Shown: positions 50,598-62,815 of the stretch, piece by piece
Numbering within the stretch: the stretch's first letter is position 1
Layout of the letters: every line of letters starts with the position of its first letter
Origin: Candidatus Latescibacterota bacterium
Lineage (GTDB): Bacteria > Latescibacterota > UBA2968 > GCA-2709665
DNA length: 64,000 nt
Assembly (NCBI GenBank): GCA_965203805.1
Contig: OZ241917.1
Coordinates: 1,984,001 to 2,048,000 of the forward strand
Direction: 5' to 3'
The notes under the pieces: generated by a model
The model's input: only the letters and a program-made list of their open reading frames with translations
The model's database searches: none
Told to the model about the DNA's origin: nothing
Made by a program: the position numbers and the translations under genes

Positions 50598-51983
50598 ATG
50601 AGAAGTTCCACGAAAGTACCGTTTTACAAACGCGTCGGCGGCTCTGTGGGACGAAACGTCCTGCTGCTGCTTGGCTGTCTGCTGTGCGGGAGCACCGCCG
50701 CATATGCGGCGGTTGACCAGGAGGCCATGTTCGTCTTCAACACCTTCGCGTTTCTGATCTGGGGCGCGCTCATTATGTGGATGTGCGCCGGGTTCACGAT
50801 GCTTGAGTCCGGATCCGTGCGCACCAAGAATGCCTCGATGATCTGTATGAAGAATATCGGCCTGTACTCCATCGCCGGGCTCGCGTATTACTTCCTTGGT
50901 TACAACCTTATGTATACCGACGTAGGGAAGTTCATCGGCTCATTTACACTCCTCTACGGCCCGTCTGCCGCCGATCTCGCACTCGTGGGCGGGCAGGAAT
51001 CGGCAAAGGCCAAAGTGATCGCGAACAAATATTCCACCATGTCCGACTGGTTCTTTCAGATGGTGTTTGTTGCGACGGCCGCATCGATCGTCTCCGGTGC
51101 GTTGGCGGAGCGGGTCAAGATGTGGTCTTTCTTTCTGTTCACGCTGGCCCTGACTGCTGTCATCTATCCCGTAGTGGGCGCCTGGACATGGGGAGGCGGA
51201 TGGCTTAGCGCAATGGGATTCAAGGATTTCGCCGGTTCGACCATCGTCCACAGCACCGGCGGCTGGGCGGCGCTCGCGGGGGCACTTGTTGTTGGTCCCC
51301 GACTGGGGAAATTCAGGAGGGACGGCAGCGTTAAGCAGACGCCGCCGTCAAATATCCTGGCGGTTACACTGGGCGTATTCATCCTGTGGTTCGGCTGGCT
51401 CGGATTTAACGGCGGGTCGCAACTGGCATTGGGCAGCGCCGCCGACGCGGTGGCAATGAGCCATGTGCTGGTCAACACGAACCTCGCGGCGGCCGCCGGC
51501 GTGGTGGTTGCCCTCATCGTCTCAAGACCGATCCTGGGCCGCATGGACCTGTTCGCCAGCCTGAACGGAGCCATTGCCGGCCTGGTCTCGATTACGGCCG
51601 GGCCAGACATCGTCCAGCATTACTGGGCCGTCGTTATCGGCGGCGTGGGCGCCGTCATCTGCACGGCCGGTATCCGGCTGCTGGAGAAGCTGAAAATCGA
51701 CGACGTCGTCGGCGCGGTACCCGCCCACCTGTTCGCGGGCGTCTGGGGCACGCTGGCCGTCTGCATCGCCGGGGGCGGCAACTTCGGCGTTCAACTCCTG
51801 GGCTGCGTGGCCGTTGGCGTGTTCGTATTCTTGATCTCGTGGGTACTGTGGCGACTGCTGGCAGCGACCCTGAGCGTCCGCGTGTCCGACAAAGTCGAGC
51901 GATTGGGCCAGGATGTCGGGGAACTCGGAATGGAAGCGTATCCCGAATTTGTGCTCACGCCGGAAGAAGCAGATGAGGATTGA
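50598..51983 (+). CDS. amt: Ammonium transporter (Amt family)
   Basis: AGFTMLESG.VR.KN, FFQMVF, IVSGA.AER, DFAGS.IVH, WFGW.GFNGGS, IDD.VGA.PAH (twin His). Confidence 0.95.
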   Translation: MRSSTKVPFYKRVGGSVGRNVLLLLGCLLCGSTAAYAAVDQEAMFVFNTFAFLIWGALIMWMCAGFTMLESGSVRTKNASMICMKNIGLYSIAGLAYYFLGYNLMYTDVGKFIGSFTLLYGPSAADLALVGGQESAKAKVIANKYSTMSDWFFQMVFVATAASIVSGALAERVKMWSFFLFTLALTAVIYPVVGAWTWGGGWLSAMGFKDFAGSTIVHSTGGWAALAGALVVGPRLGKFRRDGSVKQTPPSNILAVTLGVFILWFGWLGFNGGSQLALGSAADAVAMSHVLVNTNLAAAAGVVVALIVSRPILGRMDLFASLNGAIAGLVSITAGPDIVQHYWAVVIGGVGAVICTAGIRLLEKLKIDDVVGAVPAHLFAGVWGTLAVCIAGGGNFGVQLLGCVAVGVFVFLISWVLWRLLAATLSVRVSDKVERLGQDVGELGMEAYPEFVLTPEEADED

Positions 51984-52966
51984 TGACGACGAGTCGCGGA
52001 AATCCCAGGCTTCTTTCACGCAGCGCGCAGGGCCTTTACTGGATGGGCCGCTACCTGGAACGCGCGGAACACCTCTGCCGCCTGCTGCGATTTCAGGCCG
52101 AAGCACTGGTGGATCGGCCAATCCGGGAGATCTACTTCGGCTGGAGTCGAATCTACATGAGCCTGAACCGGCGGCCTCCCGGCGGCAGCATCACGATGGT
52201 GGGAAACGACGACTTCACGCTGGCGGATTCCTACACACTGGCCGACGATCTCACGTTCGAACGCACAAATCCCGACTCCGTCTGGAACTGTTTCTCGCTG
52301 GGCCGCGAAAACGCGCGGCAGATGCGTCACTGCATCAGCGGGGAAATGTGGACGTGCCTGAATCTCGCGTATCTGAGACTCAAGGAGCTGAGCATTGCGG
52401 ATATCTGGAAGCCCTCTCCCGAAAGCTTTTATGCTGCAACGGCGGGCGACATCAACACGTTTGCCGGCGTGGCGGAAGCAACGATGTACCGCGACGAGGG
52501 ATGGCATTTCCTGCGGCTGGGGAAACATATCGAGCGCGCCCAGTGTTCGGCTTCGTTGTTTCTTTCCCAACTCTCAGTGGACAAACTGATGGACGAGTCC
52601 TCCGACGCGGACTGGGCGAACCTCTTGCACGTCAGCCAGGCGTCTGATGCGTACAGCCGGAATTACAGTGTCGACGTCCAGCCGCGTCTGGTCCTCGACC
52701 TTCTCGTTACCGACCCTTTGCTGCACGGCTCTCTTTGCTACTCGCTCGACGCTGTGGCCGCGGAACTCGACGCCATCGGCCCGGGTTCCGACGAGCAGTC
52801 CAGTGCAGTCGCCCTTCGCATGGCCAGGCGTATGTGCGCGCTGATCCATAACGACTGGCCCGACCGGGAAGACAGGGAAGCCCTTCTCGGAAACATCATG
52901 GGTTACTGCCGGGAACTGCACGATCTTGTTACCGGCGCCTATATCGATTACGCCGTTGTCGATTGA
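51980..52966 (+). CDS. Alpha-E domain protein
   Basis: LSRSA..LYWMGRYLERAE, RENAR..R..IS.EMW, GW.FLRLG..IERA. Confidence 0.93.
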   Translation: MMTTSRGNPRLLSRSAQGLYWMGRYLERAEHLCRLLRFQAEALVDRPIREIYFGWSRIYMSLNRRPPGGSITMVGNDDFTLADSYTLADDLTFERTNPDSVWNCFSLGRENARQMRHCISGEMWTCLNLAYLRLKELSIADIWKPSPESFYAATAGDINTFAGVAEATMYRDEGWHFLRLGKHIERAQCSASLFLSQLSVDKLMDESSDADWANLLHVSQASDAYSRNYSVDVQPRLVLDLLVTDPLLHGSLCYSLDAVAAELDAIGPGSDEQSSAVALRMARRMCALIHNDWPDREDREALLGNIMGYCRELHDLVTGAYIDYAVVD

Positions 52967-53871
52967 CTTCCGGGTGTGCAGATACCGTGTCCGGATCCGT
53001 CCAGTACGAAATCAGGCATGTCTCAAGCTACCTGTACGCATTCCCCGCGCGTGAGTGCGTCATGATGCTTTGCCTGAAACCGCTCGACATGGGGGGGCAG
53101 CACCTCGTCCGTTTTGAAATCGAAACGAAACCCCGGGGGTCCCTGAGCGCTGAAGAGGATCCCTTCGGCAACACGCGGCACGTTCTCAACGTCCACGCGG
53201 AACACGCAACGCTGGAAATTGCAGCTCGATCCACCGTAAGACCGGCACGCTCCAGACCGCTGCCGCCGGGACTGGGAGCCGATGCGTGGAAGGAGATCGA
53301 CGCGTGGAGGGACTCGTTTCTTCATTGGGACTTTACGCAGCCAAGCGCGATGGCGACGCCGTCCCGCGCGCTCGCCGAATTCACAAATAAAAATGGCATC
53401 GCGCGCGGGAACGACCCGCTCGCGGACCTGACCCGGCTGTCCGAGACGTTGCACAACGCGTTTCAATATACACCGGGAAGCACCTCAGCCGCGTCATCAA
53501 TTGACGAGATTCTAAGCACGGGTAAGGGAGTCTGCCAGGACTACGCCCACGTCATGATCGCGGTTGCACGCTCCTGGGGCGTTCCCGCCCGCTACGTCTC
53601 GGGCTATCTATACGTTTCCGGCTCTCCCGAAGGCCAGGCCTGGAGTAACGCCACGCACGCATGGGTGGAATGCCTGCTGCCGAAACTCGGCTGGGTGGGC
53701 TTCGATCCCACCAACAGGAGCGTCGTCGACGAACGACACGTCCGGATCGCGACGGGGCGCGATTATCAGGATGTCTCTCCCACCCGTGGCGTCCGGCAGG
53801 GCGGCGGCGACACGCGGCTGGAGGTCAACGTCCGGATGCGTCCTCAGACCAACCGTCAATTCCGGCCTTGA
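52963..53871 (+). CDS. Transglutaminase-family protein
   Basis: D.FGN, GVCQDYAH, PARYVSGY, HAWVE, W.GFDPTN, GRDY.DV.P. Confidence 0.95.
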   Translation: MTSGCADTVSGSVQYEIRHVSSYLYAFPARECVMMLCLKPLDMGGQHLVRFEIETKPRGSLSAEEDPFGNTRHVLNVHAEHATLEIAARSTVRPARSRPLPPGLGADAWKEIDAWRDSFLHWDFTQPSAMATPSRALAEFTNKNGIARGNDPLADLTRLSETLHNAFQYTPGSTSAASSIDEILSTGKGVCQDYAHVMIAVARSWGVPARYVSGYLYVSGSPEGQAWSNATHAWVECLLPKLGWVGFDPTNRSVVDERHVRIATGRDYQDVSPTRGVRQGGGDTRLEVNVRMRPQTNRQFRP

Positions 53872-53896
53872 CAGGCTTCTCTATCCACTTTATCTT
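53868..53896 (+). promoter_or_regulatory. Sigma70 promoter of the thiC leader
   Basis: TTGACA-N17-TATCTT just upstream of the TPP aptamer. Confidence 0.7.
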
Positions 53897-53906
53897 TTAA
53901 AGTAGA

Positions 53907-53981
53907 TCCGCGCGGGGTGCCGAACGGCTGAGATCATACCCTTGGAACCTGATCTGGATTATGCCAGCGTAGGGAAGCGGA
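53907..53981 (+). ncRNA. TPP riboswitch
   Basis: GGGGTGCC..GGCTGAGA..ATACCC.TGGAACCTGATCTGGATTATGCCAGCGTAGGGAA, closed by TCCGC/GCGGA; upstream of thiC. Confidence 0.96.
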
Positions 53982-54004
53982 ACAAAGGTCTTTTAACAAA
54001 TAAA

Positions 54005-54043
54005 AAAGGCCGTTCCTTCCAGGGGGACGGTCCTTTGTTTTTT
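54005..54043 (+). terminator. TPP riboswitch expression-platform terminator
   Basis: AAAGGCCGTTCC...GGGACGGTCCTTT followed by GTTTTTT. Confidence 0.75.
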
Positions 54044-54096
54044 CGCGCACGACCCGCGGTTCTTCGGCATGCTCAGCCTGTGGGGTATCCATCTAA

Positions 54097-55806
<1,710 letters not shown>

Positions 55807-55938
55807 TACACGGTAACCGGGTTGTCATCGAGACGACAGGAGCGCGCAGCTTCCGATTTCACGAAATGCAGACGCAGTATCGGATTACATCCATTCAGGT
55901 TCTTCTCCCCGCCGGCATCGGATTTCGTCCGGAAGTCA

Positions 55939-57303
55939 TCAACTTCGCGCTTCGTCCCCGGACACCCGTCGTTGCCTGGCTTCTCTGGCGTCGGCCGGTT
56001 CGATGTGTGGCGCATCCTCGCCGGCTTCGACCATGCGCCGGATCAAGCGCGTTCTCATGATCTGCGCCACCTCCTGATGGGATGTCATCCCGATCAGGTT
56101 GCACAACTCGTAGGGATCCGCCTCCAGATCGTACAGATATTGCTCCACGTACCGGTCCGACCCCGCGTGTTTCGCCCCGTGACACTCCCGCGCGTCCACA
56201 CCGTATTTCCATCGACGGGTGCGTACGGCCCTTCCCACCTGGGCCTCGCTGATCTGGACAAACGTCTCCTCCGGCCACCCCTCGCTGTTCCCAACCGTCA
56301 GCGGCAGGATCGACCGGCCCTGCATCTCCGCAGGTACCGCGATTCCGGCCGCATCCAGCAGCGTGGGCGTCAGATCGACCGTACACACCAGATCACGCAC
56401 CTGACCCCCGCCGTCAAATCCCGGACCCTGGAACGCGGTTGGCACACGAATCGAGCTCTCGTGGCAGGACCGCTTGTACTCGGCATTCCGGGTTTTGAAG
56501 TGGCAACCGTGGTCTGACGTAAACAACACGACCGTCCGTTCCGTCAGGCCCATACTCTTCAGCGCGTCCATCATCCTGCCAAGCGCCTCATCCAACCGCT
56601 TAACCATTCCGTAATAGCCGCCCAGATGGCGTTGGGCAGACCCGCCCATCGCCGCAAGATCCGGTGGGACCCACCCGCCGGTATACCGTTCACGGTACCC
56701 ATCCGGCGGCGGATAGTCATCGATATGGTTCTGGTGATGAGGCTCGATATATGACACGAACAGAAAAAACGGGTGTTCCCGGTTCCCGTGAATGTACCGG
56801 ATGGCCGCATCCGTTACGGCATCGACCCTGTATCCCGGCAATTCGACAGGTGCACCCTCGTTGTCGTACATCACCGTCCGATATGCCTCGGACGTTGACT
56901 CCAGCGTGTTCGATGCCAACCAGTACCCGTAGCCTCCGCGTCCCTCAGGCGGAACCGGTCCGGTCGATCCGCGTCCGTTCAGATGCCACTTGCCGATGTA
57001 GGCCGTTCGGTAGCCCGCGTCTCCGAAATGGTGCGCCAGGGTCCGGCTGTCCGGCGGCAGGGGAATGCCGTTTCGAAAGCAACCCGTCGTCGTGGCATAC
57101 AACCCTGTCTGAAGGCAGGCCCGCGCGGGACCACAGACGGGCTGGCAGGTGAATGAGTTGAATGCATGGGTGCCCCGTTGCGCCATCCGGTCGAAATTGG
57201 GCGTCAGGTCCATAGGATTTCCATGAACGCCTGTTGTATCCCACCGCTGTTGGTCCGTAAAGAACACAACGACATTCGGCTTCATCGAGATGCTTTCAAC
57301 CAT
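55939..57303 (-). CDS. Sulfatase (formylglycine type)
   Basis: PN.VVFFTDQQRWD, CGPARA (CxPxR), GKWHL, TSDHG; ATG 57303 after GGAGG. Confidence 0.93.
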   Translation of the reverse strand: MVESISMKPNVVVFFTDQQRWDTTGVHGNPMDLTPNFDRMAQRGTHAFNSFTCQPVCGPARACLQTGLYATTTGCFRNGIPLPPDSRTLAHHFGDAGYRTAYIGKWHLNGRGSTGPVPPEGRGGYGYWLASNTLESTSEAYRTVMYDNEGAPVELPGYRVDAVTDAAIRYIHGNREHPFFLFVSYIEPHHQNHIDDYPPPDGYRERYTGGWVPPDLAAMGGSAQRHLGGYYGMVKRLDEALGRMMDALKSMGLTERTVVLFTSDHGCHFKTRNAEYKRSCHESSIRVPTAFQGPGFDGGGQVRDLVCTVDLTPTLLDAAGIAVPAEMQGRSILPLTVGNSEGWPEETFVQISEAQVGRAVRTRRWKYGVDARECHGAKHAGSDRYVEQYLYDLEADPYELCNLIGMTSHQEVAQIMRTRLIRRMVEAGEDAPHIEPADAREARQRRVSGDEARS

Positions 57304-57602
57304 GACGACCTCCATCTCTGTGATTTTTCGGTCCGCCGTGGGCATTATCCCGGTACTTTGCGCGCTGCAGACGTTTTTCAGCAAACCGACCGGCGCCGAC
57401 GTTCTCGCACGCCCTTCACTCCGTCACAAATCCGTCCAATCGCTTCAATTCATCTCACAGGTACCGGTCGGATGCGCGGATTCGATCGCGCCCCTTTCGA
57501 TCGCACTGCAAAAGGGCGTGACAGAATGCGTCGGCGGGGATATCTTATGGCGTCCGTGGATGCCGGTCCGACTCCCATCACACGTTGCACGGAGACGGTT
57601 CG

Positions 57603-58898
57603 ATGAATAATCTGTCGACGCGCGAACTGCTCGTCAAGGCCGACCGGTATCTTGCAGGCGGCTGTCTGGGCAGCTTTCGGATGCCGGATGAAGTCGCAAC
57701 CGTAATCCAGCGGGGAAACGGATGCCGGATCTACGACACCGAAGGCCGTGAATATATAGACTACATCCTCGGCTCCGGCCCGCTTATACTGGGTCACGCC
57801 CATCCCGCTGTGGTGGATGCCGTGCAGCGCCAGGTTGCGCTGGGGTCGACATTCTACGCGCTCAATGAACCCGCCATACGCCTCGCCGAACGCGTTGTCG
57901 AAGCCTCGCCCTGCGGGGAGTCGATCCGCTTCACCTCTTCGGGCACCGAAGGGACTTTTTCCGCCCTCCGAATGGCGCGGGCATACACCGGCCGGGAGAA
58001 AATCCTCAAATTCGAGGGCGGCTGGCACGGCGCGCACGACTATGCCCAGCAGAGTACGACACCAACGCAGCCCACGGACGGACCGCTGCCTGTCCCGGAC
58101 TCCCAGGGCATTCCCAGGGCTGTCGGCCAATCGGTTCTTGTCGCCCCGTTCAATAATGCGCATGTCGCCGAGGAACTCATAGCGTCCTACGCGGAGGACC
58201 TGGCGGCCGTTATCGTCGAACCCTTTCAGCGCGCGCTCCGACCGGCGCCAGGCTTTCTGGAATCCATCCGGAGTGCCGCAAGCGCCTGCGGCGTCGTCCT
58301 CATTTTCGACGAAGTCGTCACCGGCTTTCGCATCGCCTGGGGCGGCGCACAGGAGCGCTACGGCGTCGTGCCCGACGTCGCCGTCTACGGAAAGACGATC
58401 AGCGGCGGGTACCCGATGGCCGCCGTCTGCGGGCGGGCGGATGTTCTGGCGTGCGCGGACCCCCGCCGGAAGGGGACCGCACCGTATACCTTTGTGAGCG
58501 GAACGACAAACGGGAATCCCGTCTCTGCCGCCGCCGGCCTGGCGACGTTGGACGTACTGGAAACCGAAGGCGTCTATAGAAGGCTCTACGATGTCCCTTC
58601 CCGGCTGCGGCGCGGCCTCGAAGCGCTCGGCGTAAAGATGGGTATACCGCTTCAGGTCCTTGGCGAAGGGCCGGTGCTGCAGCCCTATTTCTCGGATGCC
58701 GAAATCCGAAACTACGCAGACACGCTTCAGGCCGACACCGGCGCCGCCAGGCGGTTCGGCATTGAAATGATCAAACGGGGCATTTTTTTCAATCCTGGCG
58801 GTAAGATCTATTTTTCTCTGGCGCACACGGAGCAGGACGTCGACCGGACATTGAAGGTCGCTGAAGCAGCTCTCCAGCGGATTCGCGTAGATTCATGA
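57603..58898 (+). CDS. Class-III aminotransferase (GSA-aminomutase-like paralogue)
   Basis: YIDY..G.GPLILGH, SGTE, KFEG.WHG..D, LIFDEVVTGFR, GK..SGG.P, GT.NGNP. Confidence 0.9.
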   Translation: MNNLSTRELLVKADRYLAGGCLGSFRMPDEVATVIQRGNGCRIYDTEGREYIDYILGSGPLILGHAHPAVVDAVQRQVALGSTFYALNEPAIRLAERVVEASPCGESIRFTSSGTEGTFSALRMARAYTGREKILKFEGGWHGAHDYAQQSTTPTQPTDGPLPVPDSQGIPRAVGQSVLVAPFNNAHVAEELIASYAEDLAAVIVEPFQRALRPAPGFLESIRSAASACGVVLIFDEVVTGFRIAWGGAQERYGVVPDVAVYGKTISGGYPMAAVCGRADVLACADPRRKGTAPYTFVSGTTNGNPVSAAAGLATLDVLETEGVYRRLYDVPSRLRRGLEALGVKMGIPLQVLGEGPVLQPYFSDAEIRNYADTLQADTGAARRFGIEMIKRGIFFNPGGKIYFSLAHTEQDVDRTLKVAEAALQRIRVDS

Positions 58899-58992
58899 CT
58901 TGTGGAGGAATAACGCCACAATGCATTTGCCGGTGAATTGCTGAAGCCCTTTCGTGGGAACGCCCGTCTGAATTCAGAGACGAGACCAATAT

Positions 58993-59973
58993 ATGGACCT
59001 TTTCCTGAGCAAGTCCACCGTTGTCGGCGCCGGTCTCATGGGCGGTCAGATCGCCATGGTTCTGGCGCTCGGAAGCAGAGAAACATGGCTGATCAGCCGG
59101 CGGCGGGAAAGCCTGGTCAAGGCGCGCGAAAACCTGGAGCGGTACGCGCAGGATCTGGACAGGCACAACCGGCTTCGGGGTGAATCGCCCGACGACGTGT
59201 TGAAACGCATACACACGACCACAAACCTCGAGACCGCTGTTGGCGGGTCCATCTTTGTCGTGGAGTCCATCACGGAAGACCTGGCGTCCAAGCAGGCGCT
59301 CTTTCAGCGTCTGGACGCTCTCGCGGCTGCCGGCGCTCCTCTTGTCAGCAATACGTCCGGCCTGCCCATCACCAGCCTGGCGGAAAAAGCCCGGGACGGA
59401 GACCGCATAGCCGGCTCCCATTTCGTGCAACCGGCCCACATCGTACCCGTTGCCGAAATCGTCCGCGGGGAGAAGACTTCGAACGAAATCATGGAACGTA
59501 TCGCAGGAATCTGGCAGCGGCTGGGCTACATGCCGCTTCGTGTGAACAAGGACGTACCAGGATTTCTCGTCAACCGGCTTCAGCATGCGCTTATCCGTGA
59601 GGCCGTCGACCTGCTGGCTTCCGGCGTCGCCTCCGCCGAGGACATCGACGCCGCCTTCCGATTGGGACTGGCGCCAAGATTCACCACCGCGGGCCCGCTG
59701 GAGCAGCGCGACATCAACGGATTGACTATGCACGTCCGCGTAGCTTCGCATCTCTGGCAGGCCCTGGGAGGGTGGGAGCAGCCCCTGGCCTACCTCCAGG
59801 CGCTGGTCGGGAAGGGAGCGACGGGGCTGGAATCCGGAAACGGCTACTACAACTGGTCTGGAAGAGACCCGCATACGGTCCGTGCCGTAAAGGACGAGCA
59901 ACTCCTGCGCCGGACCGCCGAGGTGATGGCGGACTGGGAGGCGGAGCAGGCGGCGCGCGGAAAGGGACCCTAA
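58993..59973 (+). CDS. 3-hydroxyacyl-CoA dehydrogenase family protein
   Basis: VVGAGLMG..IA, ESI.E.L..K, SNTSGL, HF..P, PGFLVNRLQ, GPLE..D. Confidence 0.92.
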   Translation: MDLFLSKSTVVGAGLMGGQIAMVLALGSRETWLISRRRESLVKARENLERYAQDLDRHNRLRGESPDDVLKRIHTTTNLETAVGGSIFVVESITEDLASKQALFQRLDALAAAGAPLVSNTSGLPITSLAEKARDGDRIAGSHFVQPAHIVPVAEIVRGEKTSNEIMERIAGIWQRLGYMPLRVNKDVPGFLVNRLQHALIREAVDLLASGVASAEDIDAAFRLGLAPRFTTAGPLEQRDINGLTMHVRVASHLWQALGGWEQPLAYLQALVGKGATGLESGNGYYNWSGRDPHTVRAVKDEQLLRRTAEVMADWEAEQAARGKGP

Positions 59974-60025
59974 CCGGGGATTCACGTTAGATCAAAGGAC
60001 GGTTTTCGTCGTTTCAGGAGGCACG

Positions 60026-60901
60026 ATGGGCGCCAACAGATTTGAAATGTCGGTTGACGAACGGTACTTCTTCGACCTGAGCGGATACCTGGTTGTGCGT
60101 AGTGCGCTCACGTCAGACGAGGTCGCCGAATGCAATGCCGCCATCGATCACTTCTCGGAACTCGTCTCCACCCGTTCGGTCGACACCGGCAGTCTCGCCG
60201 GCGGGTCATCCGTCCTGAAGGGCACACAGGGTCGAAAGGAGCTCACCGGGATGCTGGGCTGGCCCCCGCCTTACAGGGAGCCGTTCCGCCGGCTGCTCAT
60301 CCATCCCGTTGTCGTTTGTCGTTTAAATGAAATGTCGGGCAAGGGTTTCCGACTGGACCACGGCCCCCTGCTCATCGGCGCGGAAGCGGGCGCGGAGGGG
60401 CACCAGTTGCACGGCGCCGGGGAACCCTTCAGCCAGTCCGTGTGGTACCACCAGCAGAACGGCAGGATGTACTGCCGGGGCGTCACCGTAGCCTGGCAAC
60501 TGGCGGACGTCAACAAGGGTGACGGTGGGTTCTGCATCGTACCCGGCAGCCACAAGACGCGCGAACCCTCCCCGCCGGGAATACGCTCCGTCGAAGACCA
60601 TATGGACCTGGTTGAACAGCCGGTGATGACCGCGGGCGACGTCCTGTTTTTTGCCGAGACCGCGACGCATGGCACCCTTCCCTGGAGAGGCGGACACGAA
60701 CGTCGTTCGGTTCTCTACAAATACGCTTCACGAGCCGCCGCCCGTGCGACCGGGCGTCACTTTACGCCTGAAACCCGCTGGGGCGACTGGGTCCGGGACC
60801 TCAACACCGAACAGAGGGCCGTTCTGTACGGACCCGGCGTCCACACAGGCCCGGACTTTCCGAGGCTGGATTCCGACGGCGAGACGACCCGGGTCGTCTG
60901 A
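60026..60901 (+). CDS. PhyH-like Fe(II)/2-oxoglutarate enzyme (HGA motif)
   Basis: FDLSGYLVV, LHGAG, GGF..VPGSHK, AGDVLFF...HGT, RRS. Confidence 0.88.
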   Translation: MGANRFEMSVDERYFFDLSGYLVVRSALTSDEVAECNAAIDHFSELVSTRSVDTGSLAGGSSVLKGTQGRKELTGMLGWPPPYREPFRRLLIHPVVVCRLNEMSGKGFRLDHGPLLIGAEAGAEGHQLHGAGEPFSQSVWYHQQNGRMYCRGVTVAWQLADVNKGDGGFCIVPGSHKTREPSPPGIRSVEDHMDLVEQPVMTAGDVLFFAETATHGTLPWRGGHERRSVLYKYASRAAARATGRHFTPETRWGDWVRDLNTEQRAVLYGPGVHTGPDFPRLDSDGETTRVV

Positions 60902-60947
60902 GAAAACGTGACAAACGGCGCGACACGGCAAGAAGCTGGAGCAAGCC

Positions 60948-61811
60948 ATGAATGCGAAGGAACGCTATCTGTGGGATCTCACGGGCTACCTGATTGCACG
61001 CCAGGTACTGTCGTCCAGGGAGCTCGCAGCCGCGAACGAAGCCATCAACCGGTACCAGGAACGGATGCAGGTGGGCGATGACAATCTGGGCGCGCGTGAC
61101 TCGCACTCCCTCCGGGGAACCGGCCGACCTACCATGCACGGCCTGCTGCAGTTGGAACGCCCATATTGCGAACCGTTTCGACAGATGCTTGTGCACCCCG
61201 CCGTCGTGCAACGCCTGAACGTCATGTGCGGGACGGGCTTTCGCCTGGATCACGGCCCTTTGCTCATATCCGGCGTCAAAGGCACCGAAGGCCTGACCAT
61301 GCACGGCGCCGGCGAACCGCACAGGCCACACGTGGCTTACCATCACCAGAATGGCGAGACCTACTGCGGCGGCGTCACGGTGAGCTGGCAACTCGCCGAC
61401 GTGAACCAGGGGGACGGAGGCTTCACCTGCGTACCCGGCAGCCACAAATCCGGATTTCCCATGCCGCCGGGCGTACGCACGTGCGACGACGACATGGGTA
61501 CCGTGGTGCAGCCAACCATGCGGGCCGGCGACGTCCTGTTCTTCATGGACGGCGCACAGACCCATGGCACACGCCCCTGGCAGAGCGAACGGCCCCGCCG
61601 TTCGGTACTATACAAATACGCTTCCAGATCTTCCATACGGGGCGGTCCCGCCAGGGATCTGGCACCCCCTGAGATTTACTGGGGCGAAGATCTCGTGGAG
61701 GGCATGACCCCTGAGCAGCGCGCGGTTATGTACGGTCCCTGTTCCAACCACGGGGGCGAGATTCCGTTCCTCGCCGTGGACGCCGACGGGAAGGTCCGGA
61801 TCGAGCGTTGA
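60948..61811 (+). CDS. PhyH-like Fe(II)/2-oxoglutarate enzyme (HGA motif), tandem paralogue
   Basis: WDLTGYL, GFRLDHGP, MHGAG, VPGSHK, AGDVLFF....THGT, RRSVLYKY. Confidence 0.88.
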   Translation: MNAKERYLWDLTGYLIARQVLSSRELAAANEAINRYQERMQVGDDNLGARDSHSLRGTGRPTMHGLLQLERPYCEPFRQMLVHPAVVQRLNVMCGTGFRLDHGPLLISGVKGTEGLTMHGAGEPHRPHVAYHHQNGETYCGGVTVSWQLADVNQGDGGFTCVPGSHKSGFPMPPGVRTCDDDMGTVVQPTMRAGDVLFFMDGAQTHGTRPWQSERPRRSVLYKYASRSSIRGGPARDLAPPEIYWGEDLVEGMTPEQRAVMYGPCSNHGGEIPFLAVDADGKVRIER

Positions 61812-62815
61812 ACAAGGGTCTTATGGACGTTCCCGAAGCGGAAACGGTGGCACGCCTGATTCGAAATGCGTATCCGTCCTTCGCCCTGCTTGCCGGCATG
61901 CAGCTTGGCGTTTTCAATACCCTGGCCGACGGACCGATGGATGCGCAGCAAATCGCGGAAAGAATCAAGGGTTCGTCCGAGCGCCTCTCTCCGCTGCTTT
62001 ATGCACTGGTAGCCACGGGCCTGCTGCGGGTTGAAGACGGTCGGTTTGTCAACGGCAGCGAGGCGCAGCGTTTCCTGGTAGAGACCAGCCCCGATTACGT
62101 CGGCAACCTCCACCACCTGCTGTCCGATCTCTGGTCGGCAACCCTCAAGACCGCGGACTCGATTCGGCGCGACCAACCCCAGGCCGAACTCAGCTTTGCC
62201 GACATGCCCATCGCTCAGCTATATGCCTTTCTTCTGGGACTTCACCACGAAGCGCTGGCGACCGGAAGGGACCTGGCGGCGCGTTTCGATTTTTCCGCCT
62301 TCCGGCGACTTCTTGATGTTGGAGGGGGTTCGGGCGGCCTGGCCATCGCCGCGGCAGAAGCCTGCCCCAACCTGACCGCGACCGTCCTGGATCTGCCCGA
62401 GGTCGTCCCCCTTACGAGGCGCTTCATTCGTCAGGCGAACGCGACCGAACGGGTCCGCACCCTCGCCCTGGATGTCACCCGAGAACCCGTCCCGGAGGAA
62501 TTCGACGCGGCGGTTGCGAAAGCGTTTGTCCAGACCCTTGCTCCGGACCAGGCAGGTCCGGCCCTGTCGCACATCGGCGCCGCACTCCGGCCCGGGGGTA
62601 CCATCTACATCCTGGGCAACGGTATCCTGGACGACAGCCGATGTACGCCGGAAGAAGCGGCCATTTTCAACATTGTCTTCCTCAACATCTATCCCGGCGG
62701 GCGCGCGTACACGGAAACCGAGTACAGAACCTGGCTGGAGTGCGCCGGATTCGGAAACGTCCGGCGGGTCAGGCAACCGAACGGATCGAGTATCCTCACG
62801 GCGACAAAGTCATGA
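61808..62815 (+). CDS. SAM-dependent O-methyltransferase (dimerisation domain + Methyltransf_2)
   Basis: LLDVGGGSG, VLDLPEV, L.PGG, W...AGF. Confidence 0.9.
   Translation: MNKGLMDVPEAETVARLIRNAYPSFALLAGMQLGVFNTLADGPMDAQQIAERIKGSSERLSPLLYALVATGLLRVEDGRFVNGSEAQRFLVETSPDYVGNLHHLLSDLWSATLKTADSIRRDQPQAELSFADMPIAQLYAFLLGLHHEALATGRDLAARFDFSAFRRLLDVGGGSGGLAIAAAEACPNLTATVLDLPEVVPLTRRFIRQANATERVRTLALDVTREPVPEEFDAAVAKAFVQTLAPDQAGPALSHIGAALRPGGTIYILGNGILDDSRCTPEEAAIFNIVFLNIYPGGRAYTETEYRTWLECAGFGNVRRVRQPNGSSILTATKS

Noticed and set aside
57603-58898. hemL assignment
   Set aside because: It lacks the PGGVNSPVR N-terminal signature and any tetrapyrrole context; called a paralogue
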